In this document: positions 28,616-37,564 of the stretch, one piece after another
Position numbering within the stretch: position 1 is the first letter of the stretch
Layout: every line of letters begins with the position of its first letter
Origin: Planctomycetota bacterium
Lineage (GTDB): Bacteria > Planctomycetota > B15-G4 > SIAN01
Assembly (NCBI GenBank): GCA_031409275.1
Contig: JANNXA010000055.1
Span: 224,001-288,000 of the forward strand
Length of the DNA stretch: 64,000 nucleotides
Direction: 5' to 3'
Made by a program: the position numbers and the translations under genes
The notes under the pieces: model-generated
Seen by the model: the letters and a program-made list of their open reading frames with translations, nothing else
What the model was told of the DNA's origin: nothing
The model's database searches: none

Positions 28616-29399
28616 GCGACTCCGACGCCGCTTTGCTCTTCTTGCCGACGGCCATCGGAGCCGCAACGCGCGCCGCGAGCGCCTTCGCGACGGCATCCTT
28701 CGCCGCTTTCGCGGGCCCCTTGTCGATCAGCTTCGCCGCGCTTTTCATCGGCACCGTCTTGGCCGCGCCCGGCTTCTGCAGCGGCGCGCGCGCGGCAGCC
28801 TTCGGCGCCGACGATTTCGCCTTCGCGTTCGCGGTCGCCACTGGCTTCGCGCCCTTCTTCGGCTTCGCCGCGGGGGGCGCAGCGACCTTGCGCTCGCGGC
28901 GCGGTGCACTCGGACCGCTCGCGCCGCGTTCTCCGCGGATCCGCGCCAGCAGGTCGATGGTCGAGTGGTCCTTCGGATCGCCCACCACGATCAGCTCGGC
29001 GCCGATCTCGGCGAGGACGTCGCGCTCCGGCAGCGTGTCGAGCGCGTAGTCGGTGCCCTTCGCCACGAGCTGCGGCCGCAGCTTGCGCAGCAGCGGGCCG
29101 CAGGTCTCTTCGGAGAAGATCGTGACGTAGGCGACGCCTTGGATGGCGGCGAGGATCTCGGCGCGCTCGGCCTCCGGCTGCACCGGACGATCGGGCCCCT
29201 TCAACTTGCGGATCGAGGCATCGCTGTTCAGCGCGACGACGAGGAAGTCGCCGCGCTTGGCCGCGTCGATGAGGCAGCGGATGTGTCCGACGTGCAGCAG
29301 GTCGAAGCAGCCGTTGGTGAAGACGACGCGCTTGCCACCGTCGCGAAGCCCGCGCAACCGCAGCGCGAGCTCGTCATGGTCGCGGATGATCATTCCCAT
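28608..29399 (-). CDS. Stand-alone heptose-1-phosphate adenylyltransferase (RfaE domain II/HldC) with Lys/Ala-rich tail
   Basis: VFTNGCFDLLHVGH, NSDASIRKLKGPDRP, KGTDY, followed by about 100 aa of low-complexity basic tail. Confidence 0.88.
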   Translation of the reverse strand: MGMIIRDHDELALRLRGLRDGGKRVVFTNGCFDLLHVGHIRCLIDAAKRGDFLVVALNSDASIRKLKGPDRPVQPEAERAEILAAIQGVAYVTIFSEETCGPLLRKLRPQLVAKGTDYALDTLPERDVLAEIGAELIVVGDPKDHSTIDLLARIRGERGASGPSAPRRERKVAAPPAAKPKKGAKPVATANAKAKSSAPKAAARAPLQKPGAAKTVPMKSAAKLIDKGPAKAAKDAVAKALAARVAAPMAVGKKSKAASESHG

Positions 29400-29463
29400 C
29401 GGACGCTCCCTCTCCCTGGTTCCGGCACGGCGCGACATCATGCCGCGGCGCCGTCGTTCCTGA

Positions 29464-30468
29464 TCACGCTTGCCCGAAAGGCGCCGGCGCGCGAGCGAGC
29501 ACGTCCCGCAGTTCCTGTTGCGAGCAGGTCGCCGCCCCGACCTTCATCACCACGACGCTGGCCGCGCAGTTGCTGATCCAGGCCGCCTCGCGCAGCGACG
29601 CGCCGGCGAGCCGCGCCGCGCTGAACGCCGCCACCACGGTGTCCCCGGCGCCCGACACGTCGACCACTTCGCCGGTCCCGACGATTCCGAACTCGAGCGG
29701 CTCCTGGCCCTGCGCGAAGAGCACCATGCCGTGCTTGCCGCGGGTCAGCAGCACCGCCCCGACGCCAAGCCGCTGCAACAGCGCCCGCCCGACCGCGAGG
29801 GCATCGCTGCCCGCCTCGATCTTGAGGCCCGCGGTCTCCTCGGCCTCCTCCTCGTTGGGGGTGATGACGGTGACGCCGGAGAACGCCGGCAGTCGATGGC
29901 GCGAATCGACGATGACCGGCTTGCTCTTCGCCTTGCGGCGCAACCAGTCGATCACGGCCGGCGTGAGCAGGTCGTAGTCGTAGTCGGAGACGAGGAAGGC
30001 TTGAACGCTGCGGTCGACCACTTCGAGACGCGCGATCGTCTCCTGCTCGCGCGGTCGCGCCTCGCCCCGGCGCGGCTCGCGGTCGATCCGGAAGAGCTGC
30101 TGCTTGGTGCGATGCGGATCGCCGGCGAGGATGCGGGTCTTGGTCACGGTCGGCCGTTCCGGGCGCCGCAGGATCGCGCCGGGATCGACACCGGCCGCCC
30201 CCAGCATCTCGATGACGCGGTCACCGGCCGAATCGCTGCCGACCTCCGCCACCATCTGCACGTGCACACCGAACGCCGCGAGGTTGCGAGCCGTGTTGGC
30301 CGCGCCGCCCGGGATCACCTCTTCGCGCTCGTAGTGGACCACCAGCACCGGTGCCTCGCGCGAGAGGCGCGCCGGCCGCGTGTACAGGTAGACGTCCGCG
30401 ATGACGTCGCCGACGACGCCGATCGTGAGCCCGTGCATCTTGTCGAGCCAGTGGGCGAGCGGGCTCAC
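29464..30468 (-). CDS. Stand-alone heptose-7-phosphate kinase (RfaE domain I/HldA, PfkB family)
   Basis: VVGDVIAD, RLSREAPV, PGGAANTA, TPNEEE, DVSGAGDTV. Confidence 0.88.
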   Translation of the reverse strand: MSPLAHWLDKMHGLTIGVVGDVIADVYLYTRPARLSREAPVLVVHYEREEVIPGGAANTARNLAAFGVHVQMVAEVGSDSAGDRVIEMLGAAGVDPGAILRRPERPTVTKTRILAGDPHRTKQQLFRIDREPRRGEARPREQETIARLEVVDRSVQAFLVSDYDYDLLTPAVIDWLRRKAKSKPVIVDSRHRLPAFSGVTVITPNEEEAEETAGLKIEAGSDALAVGRALLQRLGVGAVLLTRGKHGMVLFAQGQEPLEFGIVGTGEVVDVSGAGDTVVAAFSAARLAGASLREAAWISNCAASVVVMKVGAATCSQQELRDVLARAPAPFGQA

Positions 30469-31922
30469 GCGTCGGCTCCCTTGCCGTCACGGATACGTTC
30501 GATGAGGCCGGTCGTCGAGAAGCCGGCGACCAGCGGCGCAAGCACCACCACCCCGCCATGCGCCTCCACGAACGAACGGCCGACGACGCCCTTGTCGCGC
30601 CAGTCGGCACCCTTCACCAGCACGGCGGGCGCGATGGCGGGCACCACCTTCTCGGGCGTGTCCTCGCTGAACGGGAAGACGGCGTCGACACACGCGAACG
30701 CGGCCAGCATCCGCATCCGCTGCGCGAGCGCCTGCACCGGCCGCCCGGCGCCCTTCGCGCGGCGCACCGAGGCGTCGTCGTTGACGGCGACGAAGAGGAG
30801 GTCGCCCTGCGAGCGCGCATGCTCGAGCGACTGCACGTGGCCCGCATGCAGCAGATCGAAGCAGCCGTTGGTCAGCACGACGCGCCGCCCCTGCGCGGCG
30901 TAGCGATGGGAGAGCTCCGCCGCTCCGGCGCGCGTGAGCACCTTCGACGCGGTCGAGAAGCCATGGGCGAGCGCATTGGCGAGTTCCGCCGGCGTCACGC
31001 TCGCCGCGCCGAGTCGCTCGACGACGAGTCCAGCCGCCGCATTCGCGAGTTCGACGCCCTCCGACAGCGGCAGCTCCGCCGCGCGCGCGAGCGCCAGCAC
31101 GGCGATGACGGTGTCGCCGGCGCCGGTCACGTCGAAGACGGTGCGCGCGCGCGTCGGAGCATCGCCTTCGGCGCCATCCGCCGTGCGCCAGTAGATGCCG
31201 CGCGCACCGCGCGTGATGACCACCCAACGCAGCCCGATCCGCTTCAGCAACTGCTCCGCCGCGGCACGACAACCGTCGAGCGTCGACGTGTCGCATCCGG
31301 TCGCGGCCTCGGCTTCGGCGGCATTGGGAGTGATGCCGTGCGCGCCGCGATAGCGCTCGAAGTCGCGGCCTTTCGGATCGACCAGCACTTCGGCGCCGAG
31401 CGCACACGCCGCCTCGATCAACGGGCGCGTCAGCAGCCCCTTGGCATAGTCGGAGAGGATGACCGCGTCGACCTTGCCGCGCAGCTTCAGCAGCTGCGCG
31501 ACCATCCGCTGCTCGAGCGCGCCGTGGATCGCGGACGCCTCCTCGCGATCGACCCGCAGCATCTGCTGATGGCGCGCCAGGATGCGGGTCTTCTCGATGG
31601 TCGGGCGCGCCGGATCGACGCGGATCCCGCTGGCGGAGACGCCCGCCGCAACCACCTGTTCCTTCAGCAGGCGGCCCGCCGCGTCGCTGCCGCAGACGCC
31701 GACCAGCAGCGGATGACCGCGCAAGCTCGCGACGTTGGCGGCGACGTTCGCCGCGCCGCCCGCGCGCACCTCTTCGCCGCGGACATGCACGACCGGAACC
31801 GGCGCCTCGGGCGAGATGCGCGGGACGTCGCCGCGCACGTAGCGATCGAGGATGAGATCCCCCACCACCAGCACGCGGCGCCGCGCGAGGCGCGCCACCA
31901 GCTCATCGCCGCCCTCGCTCAT
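30465..31922 (-). CDS. hldE: Bifunctional heptose kinase/adenylyltransferase HldE
   Basis: VGDLILDRY...RISPEAPVPV, SDYAKG, DVTGAGDT and TNGCFDLLHAGH...LVKGADW. Confidence 0.92.
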   Translation of the reverse strand: MSEGGDELVARLARRRVLVVGDLILDRYVRGDVPRISPEAPVPVVHVRGEEVRAGGAANVAANVASLRGHPLLVGVCGSDAAGRLLKEQVVAAGVSASGIRVDPARPTIEKTRILARHQQMLRVDREEASAIHGALEQRMVAQLLKLRGKVDAVILSDYAKGLLTRPLIEAACALGAEVLVDPKGRDFERYRGAHGITPNAAEAEAATGCDTSTLDGCRAAAEQLLKRIGLRWVVITRGARGIYWRTADGAEGDAPTRARTVFDVTGAGDTVIAVLALARAAELPLSEGVELANAAAGLVVERLGAASVTPAELANALAHGFSTASKVLTRAGAAELSHRYAAQGRRVVLTNGCFDLLHAGHVQSLEHARSQGDLLFVAVNDDASVRRAKGAGRPVQALAQRMRMLAAFACVDAVFPFSEDTPEKVVPAIAPAVLVKGADWRDKGVVGRSFVEAHGGVVVLAPLVAGFSTTGLIERIRDGKGADA

Positions 31923-32860
31923 GCGCGCCACTCCGCCGGCGGATCGATCAGCATCCAGCGCAACAACGGGAGCAGGATCTCGTGGTGACCGCGCAGGTCG
32001 AACGCCGGACCACCGGCCGGTCGATCGAGCACGTTCATGCGCGGCCGGTAGTGCGGCAACTGGTCGAGGTTCGCCGTCGTGAAGCGGTCGACCGTCGCAC
32101 CGAGGTTGCGCGCGATGGCGAGCGCCTTGAGGAAGACCTCGGGCAGCGTCACCGCCGAGCCGACGTTCACATAGGCGCCGCCCTGAAGCTTCGTGACCTG
32201 TTCGGCGAAACGGCGGAAGTCGGCGAGGCTCGTCGCGCCGATGGCGGCGCCATCCGCGGTCGCGTGCATGTGCACGATGTCGGCGCCGAGCGTGACATGG
32301 ACGGTGCCCGGCGTCCCGCGCTGCACGCACTGCCAGAGCACCGAAAGCTCGCGATGCGGCAGCGCTTCGCGATCGATGGCGCGACCCACCGCCTCGCCGA
32401 ATCCGATGCCCGCTTCAGCGCCGCGCCGCACGGCGCCGTTCAGGAACTCGGCGGTGTCGCGCGCCATGCCGAAGCTGCCGTCCTTGAGCGCGCTGCCCAC
32501 ATCCTCCGACGTCGCGCCGATCATCGCCAGCTCGACATCGTGGATCGCGCCGGCGCCGTTGGTCGCCAGACCGTTCAGCAGCCCGCGATCGAGCAGATCG
32601 ATCAGCAACGGTGACAGTCCCACCTTCAGCACATGCGCGCCGATCCCGAAGTAGATCGGAGCTCCGGCAGCGCGCGCGTGAAGCAGCGCCTTCGCCAGCC
32701 CCTTCAAGGCCTTCGCCCCGAGCACGTCGGGCAAGGCGCCGAGCAACGCGGCGACGGCACCGGGCGGCGGCACATCGACGCGCGCGAACCCGTCGCGCGA
32801 GACGAGGCTTGGACGGTCCGCGAGCGCGTAGGTCTTGAGGCGATCGAGCGGAAGAGTCAT
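31919..32860 (-). CDS. Conserved uncharacterised protein, deoxyhypusine-synthase-like fold (GSU2086-type)
   Basis: LKTYALADRPSLV, GAHVLKVGLSP, NGAGAIHDVE, GATSEDV...GSFGMA, GADIVHMH, GSAVTLPEVFLKAL, HYRP, GHHEILLPLL; family recognised from memory. Confidence 0.7.
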   Translation of the reverse strand: MTLPLDRLKTYALADRPSLVSRDGFARVDVPPPGAVAALLGALPDVLGAKALKGLAKALLHARAAGAPIYFGIGAHVLKVGLSPLLIDLLDRGLLNGLATNGAGAIHDVELAMIGATSEDVGSALKDGSFGMARDTAEFLNGAVRRGAEAGIGFGEAVGRAIDREALPHRELSVLWQCVQRGTPGTVHVTLGADIVHMHATADGAAIGATSLADFRRFAEQVTKLQGGAYVNVGSAVTLPEVFLKALAIARNLGATVDRFTTANLDQLPHYRPRMNVLDRPAGGPAFDLRGHHEILLPLLRWMLIDPPAEWRA

Positions 32861-33813
32861 GGAAGCGGGCGAGCATAGCGCTCGCGCCAGCGCGGATCGG
32901 GCTCCGTGCCGCCCTTCTTCCAGCGTCGATGGAACCAGAGGTACTGCTGCGGATCGGCCCGGATCGCCGCTTCGAGACGCCGATGGAACAGGTCGGTGAT
33001 GCGCCAGGCATCCTCTTCGTCCGACAACGTCGGATCGACGGCCAGCGGCTCCTCGAAGCGCGCCTCGACTCGATGCGGGCCGGGGACGCGCGCGAACCAC
33101 GGGACGATCGGCGCACCGAAGCGCCGCGACAGCGCGGCCGCGAGCGTGAAGGTCGACGCCTCGGCATGGAAGAAGGGCACGCGCACGCCGCGACTGCCGG
33201 CGTGCTGATCGATCAGCAATCCGACGGTCGCTCCGCTGCGCAACGCGCGCGCGAGCGGCAGCCCGGCACCATCCTTCGCCACGAAACGCTGCCCATAGCG
33301 GCTGCGCAGCGCCATCAGCTCGGCGTCGAGCAGCCGGTTCTTCATGGGGCGCGCCACGACCACGCTGCGCAGTCCGAAGAGCGGCGCGAGCAGGCCGAAC
33401 AACTCCCAGTTGCCGAAATGGCCGGTCAACAGGATCACGCCGCGACCGAGCGCGAGCGCCGCATCGAGGTGATGGCGATCGCGCAGCTCGAGCATGGCCG
33501 ACGCGCCATTCCGCTCGACCAGGCGCGGCGCGAGGATCAGCTCGAGCGGGATGCGCATGAAGTGGGAGAAGCAGGCGCGCGACCACTCGCGAATCTGCGG
33601 ATCGTCGGGCGCGCGACCCAGCGCCGCAGCCATCTGCTCGCGAGCGAGGCGCGCGCGCGACGGCAACACGAGCCGCATCAACGTTCCGAGCGCGTCCGCG
33701 AGCCCGATCGACGCGCCGTCGGGAAGCCGGCGCGCCACGGCCAGGACGCCGCGCACGGCGACGGTCTCGATGCGATCGCGCAGCGTCGGCTTCGCGTCAG
33801 GCGCTCGCGGCAT
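32857..33813 (-). CDS. Lipid A biosynthesis acyltransferase (LpxL/HtrB family)
   Basis: LLTGHFGNWE, GLLIDQH, VPFF, IRADPQQYLWFHRRWK. Confidence 0.9.
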   Translation of the reverse strand: MPRAPDAKPTLRDRIETVAVRGVLAVARRLPDGASIGLADALGTLMRLVLPSRARLAREQMAAALGRAPDDPQIREWSRACFSHFMRIPLELILAPRLVERNGASAMLELRDRHHLDAALALGRGVILLTGHFGNWELFGLLAPLFGLRSVVVARPMKNRLLDAELMALRSRYGQRFVAKDGAGLPLARALRSGATVGLLIDQHAGSRGVRVPFFHAEASTFTLAAALSRRFGAPIVPWFARVPGPHRVEARFEEPLAVDPTLSDEEDAWRITDLFHRRLEAAIRADPQQYLWFHRRWKKGGTEPDPRWRERYARPLP

Positions 33814-36800
33814 GCGTGCGCGCCTTCTCCTGCTCGAAGCGCATCGCCATCGGACGCGAGATGCCGTTGCCTTCCATTGTCACGCCGTAGAGCGTGTCGG
33901 CGACCGCCATCGTGCGCTTGTGGTGGGTGACGATCAGGAACTGCGTGCTGCCGAGGAAATCACGCACCATCAGCGAGAAGCGCTCCACGTTCGCCTCGTC
34001 GAGCGCCGCATCGACTTCGTCGAGCACGCAGAACGGCGACGGCCGGGTCGAGAAGAGCCCGAATAGGAGCGCCGCGGCGGTCAGCGTGCGCTCGCCGCCG
34101 GAGAGCATCGCGATCGAACGCGGGTCCTTGCCGGGCGGAGCGGCGACGATGTCGACGCCCATCTCGGCCGGATCGTCGGTCTCGACCAGCGTGAGGTCGG
34201 CGCGGCCACCGCCGAAGAGGCGACGGAACAACGCCTTGAAGTGCTCACGCACCGCGTCGTAGGTCGCGCTGAAGCGCACTTCGCACTCGCGATCGATTTC
34301 CTCGATCATCTCCTTCAGCTTCTGCTTGGCCTGCGCGAGGTCCTGCTTCTGCTGGTGGAGGAAGGTCGCGCGCCCCTCGACGGCCTGGAGCTCGTCGATC
34401 GCCACGACGTTCACCGGTCCCAACCGCGCGAGGGTGCCGCGCAGCTTCTCCGCCTCGTTCTCCATCACCGGCAGCGCCGTACCGAACAGGTCGAGGTCGA
34501 TCAGCACCTCGATCGGCGCGGGTGCCGGCGGCGCCGCCGACGCGAGCGCCGCCGCCTCGTCGCTTCCCGCCTGCACGAGCTGCGGAGCAGCCGGGGTCGC
34601 CGACGCCGCCGGCTCGACCGTCGCGGCGACCGCCAGGTCGTTCGCGGCAAGCGGCGCGGGGAGCAGCACGACGTTCGCGCGTCCCTCCTCCACTCGCACC
34701 ACCTGGCGCACCAGCTCGTCCGGCTCGATCAGCAGCTCTTCGCGAACCTTCTGCTCGAGGAGGTTGCTGTGCAGCCGCTGCTCCTGCTCGCGCAATTCGA
34801 GGCTCTGCGCGTGGCGGCTGTCGGTTTCGACCCCGCCGCGCAGCTCATGAACGCGGCGCCGGATCTCGCCGGTCTGCGCCTTGTGCTGCTCGAGCGCCCC
34901 TTGGCGCGCCGCGAGCTCCTGCGACTGCTCCTCGACCATGGCCAGCAGGCGCGACCGCTCGGCACCGGCCGCCGCATGCGCTTCACCGAGCCGCGCCTCT
35001 TCTTCGCCGAGCTCGACCAGTCGCCGATCGGCGCGCTTCAACTCCTCGTGGCGCTCGCGCAACCGCATCCGGGCCGCTTCGCGCGCGTCGTGCGACGCTT
35101 TCGCGCGCTCGGCGAGCTTCACCACCTCGATGTCGAGCGCGAGCGCGATCTCCTCGGCTTGCCGACGCTGGTCGGCGCCGCCGTGCAGCGCCTCGGCGGC
35201 CTGCGCCCGTTGCGCGCGCGCCTCGAGCCGCTTGCCATCGAGCGCGAGGCGGCGCGCCGACAACTCGCGCGCATCGCTCTTCAGCGAATTGCTGCGCCGT
35301 TCGAGATCGACGAGCTCGCGCGCATCGAGGCCGAGCTCCTCGCGCATGAGGTCGAGGCGGTTGGAATGGCCCTGCAGCTCCTTCTGCGCCACCCCTTCGA
35401 GCTGCGACGCTTCGGCGCGCCGACGCGCGCGCACCTCGCGGTCCCGCTCGCGCAGCGCGATCTCCTGCTGCTTCGATTCGAGTTCGGCGGTCCAGCCGGC
35501 GCATTCGCGCTCGCCGCGCGCGACCGACTGCTGGAGACGCTCGCGTTCGTTGCGCCGCGTGATGAGGCCGAGGAACTCGCCACGACCGCGGCTCACGCTC
35601 TCGAACGAGGAGAGCATCACCTCGCCCTCGGCGGAGACGAGCGCGCGCCCCTCCGGCGGCGAGCAAAGCGCCATCGGCACATCGGTCGGCAGCAGGTCGA
35701 AGCGGCCGAGCAGCGCGGCGAGCAGCTCGCCATCCTTCGCGTCGAACGTGCTGGCGCGCAGCAGCTCGCTCCATGCCAGCGCCGCGCCGCCTTCCGAGGC
35801 GCGCGTCGGGATCTCGGCCCGCGACAGGATGCGGATCCGTTCGAGCCCTTCGCGGCGCAGCACCTTCAAGACGCGATCGGCCGCGGCGCGGTCGCGGACG
35901 ACCAGCGCCTCGGAGAGCGGGCCGAGCGCCGCTTCGAGGACGCGCGCCGTCTCGGCCGGAGCGGTGACGAGGTCGGCGACGATCCCCTCGATGCCGGCGA
36001 GCTCGGGGTCGCCTTGCGCGGCCCGTTCGAGCAGTCCGCGCACCACCTCGCTCACCCCTTCGTGGCGAGCGATCGCATCCTCGAGCATGAGCAGCTTGGA
36101 GCGCTCGCTCTCGACCTTCGATTCGCGATGGCGCAGGCGGTCGGAGAGCGCCTGACGATCGGAGTAGAGGCGACCGAGCACGTCGTCGTCCGCCGACAGC
36201 TCCGACTCCAGCGCGAAGCGATCGGAGGTGAGGCCGTCGACGCGACGTCGCATCGTCCGCACCGTGAGGGCGGTGTCGGCGATCGAACGCGAGCGTTCGG
36301 CGCTGCGCGCTTCGAGCTTGCGACGCGACTGCGATAGCGCCTTCCAGTGCGACTCGACGTCGGCGAGCTCGCTGCGCGCGCGCTGCTCCGCTTCGACGAG
36401 ATCGAGCTCGTCGCGCTCGAGTTCGACGAGCTGCCGCTCGAGCTCCTGCGCTTCGCGCGCCAGTTCCTGCACGCGCCGTTGCGCGAGGTGCTTCTCCTCG
36501 CGCCGATCAGCCTCCTGCTCGGCGACCTCGGCCACCCGCGCCTCCGCCTCGCGTTCGAGCCGCGCGAGCTGCTCGATCTGATCGGAGATCTCCTCGCGCC
36601 GCGCGCCGCCTTCGTCCCGTTCGCGGCCATTCTCTTGGCTGCGTTCGGCGAGCTCGGAGAGGCGGGCCGCGAGGTGCTCGCTGCGCGCGCGCCGTTCCGC
36701 CAACGTGCTGCGCAGATCGGAGATCAGCGCGGCCTGGCCCGCGAGCTCTTCCTCGCGACTCGACAGCGACTCCTCCGCGACCGAGAGCTCGGCGCGGGCG

Positions 36801-37564
36801 GCCACCACCTGCGCGGTCACCGTCTCCCGTTCGCCGCCCAGCTCCGCGAGCAACGCCGAGAGCTCGCGCCGCTTGCGCGCGAAGAGGACGGCGAGCACGC
36901 AGCGCAGTCGATCGCGCTTCTCGACGTAGGTGCGGGCGCGCCCCGCCTGCACCTTGAGCGAGCGCACCTGCCGCTCGAGCTCGCCGAGCAGGTCGGTGGC
37001 GCGCTGGATGTCCTGATCGGTGCGATCGAGGCGGCGCACCGCTTCCTTGCGGCGCACGCGGTAGCGGCTGGTCCCGGCGGCCTCCTCGAGCAGCACGCGC
37101 CGCTCGGCGGGACTCGCGCGCAGGATCGCGTCGATCTGCCCCTGCGCCATGAACGAGTAGCCGCCGACGCCGAGCCCGGTGTCGAGGAAGAGATCCTTGA
37201 TCTCCTTCAGCTTCGCGGGCGCGTCGTTGATGCGGTACTCGCCGTCGCCTTCCTTGCTCAAGCGGCGGGTCACCTTCACTTCCGCGGACGGATGCGGCAG
37301 GCGTCCCTTGCTGTTGTCGAACACCAGCGAGACTTCGGCCCCATCGACGCTCGCCGAATCACCGCGGTAGACGACGTCGGCCATGCCGGAGCTGCGCAGC
37401 CGCGTCGGCCGCGTCTCGCCGAGCGCCCATTGGATGGCGTCGACGAGGTTGCTCTTGCCGCAGCCGTTGGGCCCGACGATCGCGGTGATGCCGTCGCCGA
37501 TCAGGAACTCGGTCCGATTGGCGAACGACTTGAAGCCGTACATCTCGACCTTGGTGAGCTTCAT
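33797..37564 (-). CDS. smc: Chromosome segregation protein SMC
   Basis: GFKSFA, GPNGCGKSN, central hinge, coiled coils, LSGGE, VLDEVDAALDEAN, VTH. Confidence 0.95.
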   Translation of the reverse strand: MKLTKVEMYGFKSFANRTEFLIGDGITAIVGPNGCGKSNLVDAIQWALGETRPTRLRSSGMADVVYRGDSASVDGAEVSLVFDNSKGRLPHPSAEVKVTRRLSKEGDGEYRINDAPAKLKEIKDLFLDTGLGVGGYSFMAQGQIDAILRASPAERRVLLEEAAGTSRYRVRRKEAVRRLDRTDQDIQRATDLLGELERQVRSLKVQAGRARTYVEKRDRLRCVLAVLFARKRRELSALLAELGGERETVTAQVVAARAELSVAEESLSSREEELAGQAALISDLRSTLAERRARSEHLAARLSELAERSQENGRERDEGGARREEISDQIEQLARLEREAEARVAEVAEQEADRREEKHLAQRRVQELAREAQELERQLVELERDELDLVEAEQRARSELADVESHWKALSQSRRKLEARSAERSRSIADTALTVRTMRRRVDGLTSDRFALESELSADDDVLGRLYSDRQALSDRLRHRESKVESERSKLLMLEDAIARHEGVSEVVRGLLERAAQGDPELAGIEGIVADLVTAPAETARVLEAALGPLSEALVVRDRAAADRVLKVLRREGLERIRILSRAEIPTRASEGGAALAWSELLRASTFDAKDGELLAALLGRFDLLPTDVPMALCSPPEGRALVSAEGEVMLSSFESVSRGRGEFLGLITRRNERERLQQSVARGERECAGWTAELESKQQEIALRERDREVRARRRAEASQLEGVAQKELQGHSNRLDLMREELGLDARELVDLERRSNSLKSDARELSARRLALDGKRLEARAQRAQAAEALHGGADQRRQAEEIALALDIEVVKLAERAKASHDAREAARMRLRERHEELKRADRRLVELGEEEARLGEAHAAAGAERSRLLAMVEEQSQELAARQGALEQHKAQTGEIRRRVHELRGGVETDSRHAQSLELREQEQRLHSNLLEQKVREELLIEPDELVRQVVRVEEGRANVVLLPAPLAANDLAVAATVEPAASATPAAPQLVQAGSDEAAALASAAPPAPAPIEVLIDLDLFGTALPVMENEAEKLRGTLARLGPVNVVAIDELQAVEGRATFLHQQKQDLAQAKQKLKEMIEEIDRECEVRFSATYDAVREHFKALFRRLFGGGRADLTLVETDDPAEMGVDIVAAPPGKDPRSIAMLSGGERTLTAAALLFGLFSTRPSPFCVLDEVDAALDEANVERFSLMVRDFLGSTQFLIVTHHKRTMAVADTLYGVTMEGNGISRPMAMRFEQEKARTHAASA

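Noticed and set aside
33797..37564. SMC as Wadjet/MksB or SbcC-type defence ATPase
   Set aside because: Canonical Smc head and hinge; no jetA/B/D, mksE/F or sbcD neighbours.
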